From Mytilus californianus (lineage: Eukaryota): 64,000 bases of DNA. The DNA lies in contig NW_026262593.1 of assembly GCF_021869535.1 (NCBI RefSeq), forward strand, positions 27,466,001 to 27,530,000, given 5' to 3'. This document shows positions 25,566 to 38,420 of the stretch, in pieces. The notes beneath the pieces are model-generated. The model was not told where the DNA came from, ran no database searches, and was given only the letters and a program-made list of their open reading frames with translations. A program made the position numbers and the translations under genes. The first letter of the stretch is position 1. The number at the start of each line of letters is the position of its first letter.

Positions 25566-28500
25566 ATTTATGTACTTTCAACAGCACGTGCTATTTTCTT
25601 TACTTATGCTTAGTATTTTTTGAAAATTGCTGGTTCTTACTCTTTACCACGTATATTCAGGTTTTAATGCAAAAGTACACTGATTTGTGGAGAAATACCT
25701 TTATTCAAGAATGCCCGAAACAAATCCCAATAAAGCATAAATATTTAAATAATTGTCAGTAAGGAATATAATAACAAAAAAATTAATAATAAAAGGTATA
25801 TTAATGAAGTACATTTTCACTTTTGTATTAAAACATATACAACTATGTTCTCGAATGAAATTTATGTACAGTTAAACAAGAGATTCAAAAACAAGTACTT
25901 TATGGTTTGATATTTTGAAATTAATATTATTATATGAGAAGTAAATTCGAATTTCGTTTTAACTGAATGTTACAGAAATGTATTATTGAACTTATCTTAA
26001 TTTAAGTCAGTGATCTCCTGAATCATATATATTGATTGATGATTAAAAAAAAGCAATTACTTCTAGTTTCATGATATAATTATATCATAAAAAATTGGAC
26101 TGTACCCGAAAAAGGGACATTTTAAGCATATTTAATTCTCACAATATATATTTTTTTATCAGAAAGAAATGTATTTTTGTAAAGTGTCTGCAAATGTAAG
26201 GCAATACAGGTTCTATCAATGCATTTTGATTTGAATCTTGCATTCATAAGTGTATAAAAAAGGCTTTGGTCTATGTTTTGGAATACAAGCGTTTAATGGT
26301 ATATTTAGTCTTTATCATGCTTTAAACTCAAAATAGTACATGGTTGATAATTTTTTTTTTTAAATACTATCTTTTTATAAAAGATATTTGTTTTTGTTTA
26401 AATTCAACACCATATTCATTTAAAAAAAAAACGGGATCACCCTACAAAATAGCTCAAACCAATTCAAGTAATAAAACACAAAATCTCAATTGGACGTTAT
26501 ACCCAACGTGACTGAATGAATATAAAATTTATTTGAATATAAAATTGTCAAAATACTCGATTTTTCCTTTTTGAATTTATGGTTATGAGTTGCAATATTT
26601 GCTTGTCAAGTAGAAGTTGCTTGCTTAATAGGAATATTCATAATATTTCAAATTTGTTTAGTGTTACAATTATCAACAGCAAATTTCCTTCCTGTATACA
26701 TATGTATATAGGACAGCATAGCACAGAGCAATTCATTAGTAGTTTGGAATCATGGTCTTTGTCAAAAAATAATAAGTATAATGTTAACTGAATCATATAA
26801 GTAAATCTAATTATTTGAACATTTTTTAAATTTTATATTTATACCCTACCTGTAATGGGCATCCTTAATTGACATAACATATACACATGAACTTGAACCT
26901 TTTACATATATTAAGAAAGACGTTTTGTACAAAATTTCTCAAATTTGGGCAAAAGTTTTATTTCATTCTTTTTTACAAATCATTGATTTACCCATACAAT
27001 GATGATAATTTTCATTGTCAGCATCGTGAAATATAACCGCTTTTCCATATATTTTAGTTATGTAAGGGTTCAGTTCACGTTTATACCCTGTTTTTGAGGA
27101 AAACGTGATTTGATATGCTAGTAGACTGGTATTTACATGAGAGCAAATGCACTTGCTTTCATTCAAGTAAAATGTCATGCGTACTATAGTTTATGTAATA
27201 TATTCTATTTCATTATATAACGTTGTGCACATAAAATTGTATGTCCTTGAACTTTTCTTGGTTTTTATAACAAAAAGTTTAACGTCAATGTTTCTTAAAT
27301 AGATCATTTCATAAGATGCTTTCATGGGGAAAATGAAAGCTATTAGATAAATTAAATTCACAATATTTATTGTCGTTTAAGGAAACACAAAAAAACTTAG
27401 TTTTAAGACTATACAAGAGCAAAACAAAACTGATCCAGGATAATGAAATTTTTTATATTGTAATGTTTGTAGCTAGACGTAAAAGTTGATAAAGGTGTCA
27501 ACATAGAGAAGGGCTGGTGAGCATTCTGCATATACTACTTTTCAAGATTTCTGCAAAGTCTGCAAGTCGTGATTACTAAACTACTATTAACATTTTACTG
27601 AATATTTTTAGTTCATCTTCTTATGGAATTTACATTTAAATAATTGACAAAATATTATTGAAATTCCTCTTTGCTATTTTATAATAAACATTGATTTAAA
27701 ATTCAAGTTATGGCCAGTGTAAGAGGTTTATCATAGGATTGAACATTCTTTTTAAGTATACTTTTAAGGTTCCATGCACTTAGCTAGCTACGTTCAGTGT
27801 TATGCATTATGTAAATTAAATTTTGTTAACAGACAACACATATATAAAAATTCGGAGATGTGGTATGATTGCCAATGAGACAAATGCCTAAGAGTTTAAA
27901 TGAAGTTGATGTATGCAATTGTATGTCACCGTACAGCCTTCAACAACGAGAAAAAAAACGTAGCGTTTAGTTGGCTATAAAAGGCCTCCACATGAAAAAT
28001 GTGAAACAATTTTCACAAGAAAACTAATCGACTGTATATATGAACTATGAGGTGAAATGGTTGAGACATTTTCAACATTGACATTATCGTACGAATCCTT
28101 CAAAACTTAACATACTGGATTGACATAATCTTTTGTGAGAGACCGTTCTTTTTAAATGCCAACAGAAATTTCGTATTTGAAATTTATAATTTTCTTTTAT
28201 TTCTCTTTCTCTCATATAGCATATATATATAGTATAAATGGTCAATAAACCTCAAAACAATCACTAGAAGTTTGTTCTTGACCCTGCTCATTGTTTGAAG
28301 TTATATTCATTTTTTGCAAATAAGATATTATTTTTTACATGTATTCACAACTATTCTATATATCATAGCTAGACTTGTATTGTGAGGATTAAAAACTTAA
28401 AATATTGTAATGACATGTCCATTGTAGAAGATCGTAGGTTGAATTTTAGAAATAAATTGTTTTGTTTGTTGTTTAATTGGGTTGCTGTCTAAATTAGTTA

Positions 28501-29252
28501 CGTTTCTTCATATATCCTCAGTAAAATCATTCATCGAAATTAAGCACTGCTGAAATACGATAGTATACATGTATAGTTGCTTTTATCGTCTGAGAGTATT
28601 TTTCTTTTATTCTTCTTATATTCCCCTTTGGATTTTTTTGGGTCCTCTGTTCTTTATCGTCTTTAACGTTTAACCCAGGCCAAACCCTGTCCTAAGGATC
28701 GGGGAGTGCATTTATCATACTTATCATTTGTATTGAGAGGTAGAATAGGTCTTTATTTAAGCTTCATGATATTTGATGAAGTCGAGAAATTTAGGTGATT
28801 TAAGACAAGGTTGAAGATTGAGTCTGAAACTGATCAGATGTTGATAATTTTTCACAGATGCAATTAAAATCATTGTTGTAAATGCTTTACATAATTGTCA
28901 TACAATTTATTCTCCCATCATGAAATATCATAACCATGATAGCTTTGTGTAGGCATACTTTTTGTAAAAAAATATTTGATCTCTAGGGTACTATGTTTTT
29001 TTTACAAGATATATATATATATTGTTTTTCTTTGGGTTTCGGCTTTTACCATGAAAAGGTCGCACTCCCCCCTTTTCCGAGATAAAGATACCATTTTAAA
29101 TTAATATTTTATCGAAAATAACTGATTTGGATATCTCCCTTCAGTTTTCATTTATTGTTGTCTTTGGATTATCTTACTAAGTATAAATATTCATAGCACG
29201 ATGTTTTCCTAAGTATGCTTTCATATATAAGATGTACGTAACAGTGAGCGAC

Positions 29253-29524
29253 CACAGGGATTCGGTTTATCCGTTAGCAGATTAAAATTTTATTTATCAA
29301 TGTTTTTCAAATCTTTTTCGTATTTCCTGTCGATTTGTATAGGATTTTTCAGTGTACGGATATGGATAGTAGATCTTGGTAAACTGCACATTGCTAGAAA
29401 ACAAAGAAGTATTTATGCCAACGTTAAAAACGTAAATAATGTAATACACATAGACAGGAAATACGAAAAAAGATTTGAAAAACATTGATAAACAAAATTT
29501 TAATCTGATGACCGAGTCCCTGTG
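29253..29524. mobile_element. hAT-like fold-back MITE (272 bp) with 8-bp TSD TGAGCGAC
   Basis: TSD at 29245-29252 and 29525-29532; termini CACAGGGA(T/C)TCGGT; imperfect inverted arms of about 70-80 bp explain the mirrored ORFs at 29297-29488. Confidence 0.88.
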
Positions 29525-31404
29525 TGAGCGACTGGATAGAACGTTAAATAATCACATGTGCGTTTACAAGATTTCAGGAGTTTCGGCTATTTATAGATAA
29601 GTGTTACCTGTGTACTGTATACCGATATGAATGATTGGTAACCAGGCAAAATCAAATTGCTAAAATAGAGAGTTCAAGTCTGACACTCTACGGGATTGAA
29701 AGACATTTACTAGTTTTGGATTGTCCCAACCAATCAACGAAATTTAATCGTTAACGTCTCAGTAATATCTTCCAATCAGGTAGTAAGAAGCATTCAACCC
29801 GCAGATTGTTCATCGCTCAACTCCTAATAACGTCTCCAAGGAGACATTAATTATTCAAATCTGTCTGTACCCAATAAAAACTTCAACAACAACAATTCTG
29901 TTCTACCTTTTGCGTTTGAATTTCAGTAACAAATATTTTAATCCACAAATTTATCTGATTTGATTTTTCCTTAATATCAAGATACATAAACACAAAAAAT
30001 GCATTTCACCATAATACTAAAATTCAATTTTATGTAGGTGAACTTGCCTTTTATACATATTTGTAATGCCAAACAAGCTTTTTAAGTCTAGGCAGAACAA
30101 ATGTAGAATAAAAATAAGAAAGTTATACGGACTGAACATATTCCAAGCTATAATTAAAAAAAAACCAAAAACAATCCAGGTATAGATTGCATTAGCCACA
30201 GAGGAGGGGCGACAGCCTTAGGTGCTGTGTGTAAACATTTTTTAGTTCACGTGGTACGATTTTAGCGTCCCTAGGCAATTTTGAATCTGGTAAAAGATCG
30301 ATTTATTCATGTTTTAATATCAAATATACTCTTGCACTCGCAGAAAATATAGAAAGTTTTGAAATAAAAAGATTAATCAATGATAGAGGACCACGTTATA
30401 TGAAATATTTTCATTATTTTTTTTTACCTCTTAAAGTAAATTTTATCAATAAAGAAATGCACTGTAATGGCAGGAATTTGTATTCGATCTCTGCGAAATC
30501 ACAAGGCACAGATTTTTGTTAATTTGATAAATGTCAGCACGTGAAAATTATTCAAATTTATGCAAATTCAGGAACACTATTCGAACTTTTTAAATCTTCT
30601 TAAGTCTCCTGAAGTCTCCAGCCGTTGCTTCGTAATAAGTCGCTAAAATATGATTTCCGGTAAGTAAAATATCAAAAATATTTGTAAAATCCGCGACTAC
30701 AAATGTTATTTTAGGCATATAAATTCATATGTATTTTAATTATTTTGAAAACAAAATGAAAATTTTGTGTTATGAATAGCCATGATGAAAAAATATATAT
30801 GTTTTTCATTTTTCAATCGTGCATTATTTGTGTATTGGATTGCTTAATTGCCTTCTCTCTAGTGTTATCTGACAAATGACGAAATAATGCAGTATTTAAA
30901 AATTAGTATTTTACAAAACTTTGTCCGACTGAATAAATTTAAATATGAGAAATCAGTGATTATCGATGTCGAAATTAGCCCTTGGTAATAAACAGTCAGT
31001 TTGGGTATAAATATGTTTATTCCCAAGAAATAACTAACAGATTTGTTTATTATGTATGTACAAAGTATATGTATATTGTATAATCAGCCCTTCTGTATAT
31101 TACTTGTTTTTTTTAATTGATTCAACAAATTTCGCTTGTCAAGGTGTCAATAACGGTGATGTCCACACCACGAAATGCTTGATATAAATGACACAATACC
31201 ACCGCGAGCGATTGAAAATATAAGACAAATCTGCGTGCCGTGTGCAAAGTGTCGTCCCTCCTCTACATTAGCCATATTTGGGACAACAGTTGTTAATGCT
31301 CCTCAACTTCGCACACGTGTTTGATTTGACCTTTCAACTGTTGATCCGAGAGCCTGTGATGAGTCTTAGTAGTCAGCTCTTTTGGGTTGCATGGAATATT
31401 ATTA

Positions 31405-31650
31405 ATATATTGGTTATGTGTAAAATTTTGAACTTTTCGAAACACTAAGGTTTTTCTACCAGCAGACATAATTTGCCTGACCGTTTTTGACATAATTTGC
31501 AGAATTTTCGGTTTTTAGTTTACTTTACATGTAACTTCGTATTTGATTTTGCATTCCAATTGTTTTTATTCGAGCGCCTCTCATGTGTCTTGTATATACC
31601 ATACGTGCGTCTGGCGTACAAAATAATAGGATTGGTATTTTTGATGAATT
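31405..31650 (+). mobile_element. Highly degenerate retrozyme-like unit
   Basis: Aligns with 45715-45887 and retains CGTCTGGCGTA at about 31608-31618; catalytic core decayed. Confidence 0.55.
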
Positions 31651-31964
31651 TTATTAGTCAGGTATTATCATGACTTTATATAAAGTATAACATTTGCTGA
31701 ACTGAAAGGTAGAAAAAAAAAATGATTATCGTTTATATAATCGAAAGGTCAAATCTGGTATGAAAAGTGCTAAATACGAGGTACTGTTAAAAGCAGAGGT
31801 GTCAACAGATTTGGTCTTGTCTTGAAAAGATCTGTCAGTGTAACTGGTCAAAAACAGACATATCCACATTGATTATATGGTATGTAGTAGACCTGTCCAC
31901 TGAACTTTTAAAAATACTGTACAAAAGGATCGAGCAGACATGTCAATGATAGGACATGCATTCA

Positions 31965-31993
31965 TTCATTCATTCATTTATTCATTCATTCAT
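31965..31993 (+). repeat. (CATT)n microsatellite
   Basis: Direct inspection. Confidence 0.85.
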
Positions 31994-32284
31994 TAGATGA
32001 AATTATTGAATTTGCTTCAAAGCAGATGTCTTAAAATAGTAAATAACTCGTTGCAACATTTCGAATACCTTGAACTTAAGGGTTTTTGGATTTAAGAGCT
32101 TTTATTCTTTTGTCTGAGATTGTTCTTTTTTAATATAATGTATTGTTATTAAAGGTTTTCGATCTGAACATTAAAAAAAGATTGAGTCTCTAAATACATA
32201 TTGTACATATGTTCACGTGCCTTTACACTTATAAACTTAAAAAGATTTTCATCAATCGATTATTATACAATTAAAAAGGTAAAC

Positions 32285-32515
32285 AGGTGACACATGTGGA
32301 GCCGGATCTGTTTAACCTTTCGGAGCACATGAGATCAACCATAGTTTTTAGTGGGGTCCGTGTTGTTCAGTCTTTGGTTTTTCTATGTTGCATTTTGTAT
32401 GCGGTTGTTTGTCTTTTGATCTTTTCATTTTTGTTTTGTTTTGCAAAGGCATTGTCAGTTTGTTTTCGACTAATGAGTACAAAAGATCGATTTGGTATCG
32501 TTTGCCTCTCTCTTA
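32285..32515 (+). mobile_element. PLE tail copy
   Basis: GGTGACACATGTGGAGCCGGATCTG...CGGAGCACATGAGATC...GGGGTCCGTGTTGTT plus T-rich tail. Confidence 0.75.
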
Positions 32516-32520
32516 TAAGA

Positions 32521-32775
32521 TTGATTTATTGATTGGTGTTTAACGCCACTTGCAACACTATTGTGCTATTTTGTGGCGGTCAGTTTTTATTGGTGGTGGA
32601 AGCCGGAGTGCCCAGACAGAACTACCGACTTTCGGTAGGAAAACTGACAATCCTAGTCAATTAAGATTGGAGCCGAGTGCACCTGCCCCATGCGAGATTT
32701 GAACTCACAACCTCAGTGTTGACTGGCTAGTGATACAGTAGTTCGACTACTAAGACCACTCGGCCACCGAGGCTC
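32521..32775 (-). mobile_element. Full-length tRNA-derived SINE, V-SINE/RUDI-like, with 13-bp TSD CTCTCTTATAAGA
   Basis: Minus strand: A box GGTGGCCGAGTGG, B box GAGTTCAAATCTC, V-like core GGCACTCCGGCTTCCACCACC, (AATC)-like tail; TSD at 32508-32520 and 32776-32788. Superfamily assignment from recalled consensus. Confidence 0.85.
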
Positions 32776-32891
32776 CTCTCTTATAAGAAGATACAAATCA
32801 AATCAACAAACAAAAACAGAGAGAATCGGAAGAAACATAAAAAGGAGTTTTTGGAGTTCATTCGGCTAAAAACTGAATTTTAAACAGATCA

Positions 32892-33011
32892 TTACACATT
32901 TGCGAGATAACACCATTTTGAATCTTGTTCATCAAGGACCTTTTCTGCTGCTGGACATCTGTAACCATGTCGATGACCAATGAGCCAATATGTTGTCATC
33001 ATTCCTTTACC
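32892..33011 (-). CDS. NIT-GC terminal exon (GKGMMTTYWLIGHRHGYRCPAAEKVLDEQDSKWCYLANV*)
   Basis: Acceptor ttgtttacag|, phase 0; GKG.M.TYWL cyclase C-terminal motif; stop TAA at 32894-32892. Confidence 0.92.
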   Translation of the reverse strand, partial: GKGMMTTYWLIGHRHGYRCPAAEKVLDEQDSKWCYLANV

Positions 33012-33233
33012 CTGTAAACAAGTGACAGTTGTATATATACTGCGCTAGTGTAAAAATATGTATGTTTATTTTCAGTTGTTGGAATATTGGCTGCACAGGA
33101 AAGTAAGATGAATGAAGGTTAGACATGTTTAGTTATTTTAATGATATATTTACAAACATCGATATAAAACACCAATTACAATAACAATGAATTTGCCTTT
33201 TTTGAAAAAAAAATATTTGGCTTATTATTTAGT

Positions 33234-33300
33234 ACGCCAGACTTTTGAATTGTAGACACAAGACTCACCAGTGGCGACCGAAACAAAATAGTTTGAAGGT
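33234..33300 (-). mobile_element. Degenerate retrozyme hammerhead remnant
   Basis: Minus strand CGCCACTGGTGAGTCTTGTG...GTCTGGCGT; stem III and GAAA replaced. Confidence 0.5.
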
Positions 33301-34039
33301 GAACTAATTTTCTAAGTTAGAGTCGTTGGACTTTCTTTCCTTTAGACATAATTTCGTAATTAAGTGCGAATGAACAGTTTTGTCATCATCATGTAGTCAA
33401 TTAGAAGTCATTTGTGAATCTGCATATGAGACATTTCACCACAATGGAATTTTGTCGATGTGCTGTATGTTTATTTAACAATTCCTTAAACCTGTGTTTT
33501 AGCTAATGGTAGTCATTTTTATTGATAGGAAAACTTGAGTTTCAAGGTTAAATCGCCATTATTTAAAGAAAATATCTGACAAACTTATCACCAGATAAAT
33601 TGCAACTTGTTGATTTTGCAAATGTCAAAAGTGATACCTAAACCCTTGTGGTTGTGAAAATAAAATGTTTTTGCATGTAAAGAGTATACATGGCAAATAA
33701 ATATCTACTCAGGTAAAATTATATTTGTAGTCTGTAATAAACTATATAGCAATAATATGCTTGCACTGACAATGTATCTTGCTTTATTGAATATAATTAG
33801 TTCCGCTTTTGTTAGTCATCCCGATATAATCACTTTTTTTAATTAACGCATATAAAGAGACCTTAAATGTACTTTTCCAACATTTAGACTATTGAAAGAG
33901 AGGCGGAAAACACTACATACAAAAATAAAGACTAAGCAAGACGAAGCCAAACCAAGACCAGGATTGATCCTCAAGCGTTTGCAGATCCTCCTTTACATGT
34001 GACACCGTTATGTAACTCTTAAGGAAATACAATAGATAT

Positions 34040-34760
34040 AAGAAGATGTGGTACGAGTGCCAATGAGACAACTCTCCATCCAGGTCAAAATTTATAAAAG
34101 TAAACCATTGTAGGTCAAAGTACGGTCTTCAACACGGAGCCTTGGCTCACACCGAACAGCAAGCTATAAAGGGCCCCAGAAATTACTAGTGTAAAACCAT
34201 TCAAACGGGAAAACCAACGGTCTAACGTATATAAAAAACGAGAAACGAGAAACACTTATGAATAGATATATGAAGATGTGATATGAGTGCCAATGAGACA
34301 ACTCCAAGTAACACTTTATAAAAGTAAACCATTATAGGTCAAGGTACGACCTTGAACACGGAGCATTGGCTCACACCGAGAAAAAACGAGAAACGAGAAA
34401 CACGAGCGAACTACATAAACAGACGACAACTACTGTACATCAGATTCCTGACTTAGGACAGGTGCAAACATTTGCAGCGGGATTAAACGTTTTAATGGTA
34501 CCAAACCTTCTCCCTTTTCTAAAACAATAGTATAACATCACAACATAGAAAGACACACTATAAAATATCAATTGGAAGGCTTAACTAATTAAAAAACGTA
34601 CATTAACACACAATGAACGAACAAATTTGATCTGTGATACCTGAATGCAACCACATCAACAAACGACAACTACTGAACATCAGATTCCTGACTTAGGATA
34701 GGTGCAATCAATTGCAGCTTGTTTGAAATTCATTTATAATGCATCATACAACAACACATT
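34040..34760 (+). mobile_element. Family C repeat with partial internal tandem duplications
   Basis: Element start AGAAGATGTGG..GAGTGCCAATGAGACAACT repeated at about 34042 and 34272; ACTACTG.ACATCAGATTCCTGACTTAGGA repeated at about 34430 and 34670. Confidence 0.8.
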
Positions 34761-34864
34761 GATAGAGGTCTCTTGTTGAACCATAAACCTTCACCAATCC
34801 AAAACCATTGGTGCTTGTTAATTATCTAACCCTGATATATGACCGAATGTTAAATAAAAACATC

Positions 34865-35475
34865 GTTTCACAGATGACGACGGATGTGTTCTAATAGTTG
34901 AAACTACAATCCCGTCCTCTTATACTCGAATGTGACCTACCGAATTAAACTTATCACCGGTTTGTACTTACAACACGACGGATGCCACATGTGAAGCAGT
35001 ATCTGGTAACCGTTCCGGATCACCTGAAATCAAACCCGGTCTTTGGTGGGGTTCGTTTTGTTTAAATTTTATTGTTCTATGTTGTATTTTATGTACTGTT
35101 GTTTGTCTTTCGTTTTTTGCCATCTTGTACTAACAGCTTGTTTTTGACCTTTGAGTTTGAATGTCCCTTTGGTACTTTTCGCCTCTCCTTTTCAAAGACA
35201 AAAGATAAACGTGACTTTATCACCGTGTTTGTACTTACATGAGCAACACGACGGGTACACCATATGTAACAGGATCATTTTACCCTTCTTGAGCACCTCA
35301 GATCATCACCGGTTTTTTGGTGGAGTTTGTATTGCTCAGTCTTTATTTCTCAATGCTGTGTTTTGTATACAGTTGTTTGTATTCAGTTCGTTTTTCGTAT
35401 TTTGCCATGACGTTGTCATTTGGTTTTTCAACTTATGAGTTTGATTGTACCTTTGGTATTTTTTACCTCTCTTTC
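34865..35475 (+). mobile_element. Two tandem PLE 3' tail copies (approx. 34865-35200 and 35210-35475)
   Basis: Each has the CAACACGACGG...GG.TC...GGTGG(G/A)GTT.G block followed by the T-rich tail ending in CGCCTCT-like sequence. Confidence 0.75.
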
Positions 35476-36122
35476 AATGGCCAGTTAATATATGCTTAAC
35501 ATATATTCAGAAGTTGGGGTACTTCAGAATATTCTATGCATATGAATAACTGGAAATGTAGGATTAACATCTCAATGAGACAGCAACCCACGAAAAAACT
35601 AAACAGCAACCATCTAGAAGGCTACACCCACAAGTATCTACACAATATGTCAAGCTTTAAATCGTCACGTCTGGATCTAATGTAGTTTTGAGAATATCTA
35701 GTTTAAAAAAGCGGTACATTTTATAACCAAAAACTAAAGGATAGAAAATATTGTATAGTTGCAAAGAATGCTTGCACTTACTGCTAGCAAGTTAAGAGTA
35801 CTTAGCCTGGTAATAAAAATCACAGTCCAAGAGATGATAATAGTTGAAAACAAGAAAATAGCTTAACAAGTGTCTAAATGTGCAAATATTACAAAATAAG
35901 TAAGCTAAAATCGTGTCAATGTACAAATTCAAGGACATAGGTTTAGGACTGCTAGTCCGAATTATTTGATGTCCTTAATAATTTTGATAGTGATCCAATT
36001 ATACATCCATATGTCTTGATTAAACCTCAGTATTAATAAAATTCTAAATTTGTGCCATGTAAGATAACTAACTACGAGATAAAACCCAAAGTGAAAGGTT
36101 GAATTCATCCGGATAAGGTTAC

Positions 36123-36214
36123 CTTTATTGCCATTTCACCTCGTTCATGAATTAAAAGTTGTGGAAACTTTTCTAATGCTGTCTTTGTACTTGTTGACAT
36201 TTGAATCATACATG
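36123..36214 (-). CDS. NIT-GC cyclase exon (PCMIQMSTSTKTALEKFPQLLIHERGEMAIK)
   Basis: Acceptor ttttttccatag|, donor AAG|gtaacc; 92 bp = 2+90; I.MS..T...L and RGE...K motifs. Confidence 0.9.
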
Positions 36215-38239
36215 CTATGGAAAAAAACACAAACGTCATATGGTCAAATCATATCAAATCAAAAAAAATAGTTTTTAACCAAAAACATTATAAGCTCTGG
36301 AAAGCTTTTGAATCGATTGTAATGTTACTATTTATGGTATTCTAGAATACCGGACAACAAGACATTGATTACCCAATAAATATTTAATCAGATACACCAA
36401 GAAAGCTTGCGAATATATCTATCTTCATAAAGAAAAGGGCAGTCCCTATATGTCTATTGTGTTTTACTGAAAATTTTGAATAACCTTGTTTGGACTTCCA
36501 TAGCTAATATTTTACCTGTGATAAAAACAAAAATAACAATCGGTCTGTCATACTAGTGAGAGGTTTAATCCATCATTTTCAACATAAGGAAATGCCTGTA
36601 CCAAGTCAGGAATATGACAGTTATTTTCCATTCGTTTGATGTGTTTGAGCTTTTGATTTTGCCATTTGAAAAGGGACTTTTCGTTTTGAATTTTCCATGT
36701 TGTTGATGTTGATGTTGTGCAAATGAAGAAAAAAAAAATGAAAAGAGGACTATTTATAATATCCGTAACAATAATATATTGAAAATCAATGTAAAATTAC
36801 AAATTGTTTTCAGTGTTACTCATATCTTAAATACATATATGTTTGAAATTCATATGGCATTATATGCTCAAATATTAGTTGAGTTTGGTATTTTTGTTAT
36901 TTTACTTCTGTCTACTGCTTAGATTGTTTTTGTCTGGTTGTAGAAAACAAATAACAAACAATAGGTATTTTATTTATCTAAGACTTGAGTGGTGTATTCC
37001 TGCCTTAACAAACTTTTACAAATGATTTAAGATTAGGCGATTTGATCGTTTATTAGGAAAAAGCTCTAATTTGCAGTTTTTAAAATATATTATTTTCAAT
37101 TTGAGCATTTTGAGGCCATTTACTTTTTTTATATATCAAAATATAAATGATATTAATTTATTCATATTTTCTTTTCTCTATTCCTTTTTTTCTTTTTTAT
37201 TCATATTTTTTTCTACATTTGTTTTCTTTTCGAACAAAGTTGAAAGTCATTCTTGTTCATATTTTTTATACAATTATGTAAGATTTCATAAAATAAAATG
37301 GTACATTGTAAGATGAAAGTACTTGTGTAATGAATTACCAATTTAGCGCATGATAATTTTGTGAAAAATTCCTCTATTAAATTCATCGGCATATACATCA
37401 CCGGAACTGTTTGCAATGTAAAGAAATCAAAAATCAATGCAGAAAGTTTTATATGCGTTGGACAATTATTCGTCGATTAGTCTATTCATCTGTTTATCTG
37501 TCGTTTCATCTATCTATCTATTACAATTACCTTACATTAATTCTCTTCAATGAAATTCTACCAAAATTTAAAAAAACTATATTCATATAGGTCAAAAGAA
37601 AAATAAATAGGAATAAAAACCCAAACCAAATCCATCTAAATTGATTTTTTGTATTAACCAAAGAGAGGTAACGCCAATCATCGTTCAAAACTTATATAAA
37701 AGTGTAAATAACGGTCACTGCATTCACATATCTTTGCCTTAGCAGTGGCAAAGGCTATCAAACTTGCATAAAGCATGACACTCTCCACCTCTCTACATTT
37801 AACGTAAAAAAGCTACATATAGTCTTTCATTTAGAATTTTGAAATATCTGTCAAAATTTGAATTTATTACAGTTTTCCTTCTGTGTGCGCACGGTGCGAA
37901 TGTGTCGGAATTGATACAAGCATTACTTAATATAACATGGTTGTGAAATTGTATAGAAGACTCAATTTGGGTTCAATTTATATCTACAAATGAAACGTTG
38001 TTACAAACCTTTATGTTATCATATTTGTGAGAACATATTCAGCTAAAACTATTTCTGTGAAATAGTCAATGTAAATATGAAGAAACCATTTTAAATTGAA
38101 GGATGGGTTGTGAAATATGTGTGCAAAAAGATGATGATGAATAAGTGTACAGTGACAATTGTACATGCATATCAGTTTGGAAATATGCTAATGCAAATTG
38201 AATTTGAAGCCTTTATTGTTCTATACTGACACGATGATT

Positions 38240-38420
38240 CAGATTTTTGTGACCTCGACATGCTCGAGCCAACCAGTATTTGCTCCAACTGACTTGTTAT
38301 TTGCGGAGAAGCATCGAATGCAAATTATGAAGTATTTTGTGTCACCTGGCCGGGGATCCAACAGCGAAACTGAGGACTTCAAAGCAAGACTTCCGAGACT
38401 AATAGACGAAAAAAGCATCC
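38240..38420 (-). mobile_element. Degenerate tRNA-SINE fragment, possibly MetaSINE-like
   Basis: Minus strand B-box-like GTTGGATCCCCGGCC followed by TGCTTCTCCGC...GAGCAAATACTGGTTGGCTCG, resembling the recalled Meta-domain region. Confidence 0.4.

Noticed and set aside
29503-29524. CTGATGA as a hammerhead core
   Set aside because: No downstream stem II and GAAA; it is part of the MITE inverted arm.
32700-32775. tRNA gene-like sequence
   Set aside because: A and B boxes belong to a SINE head with body, tail and TSD; no proper cloverleaf.
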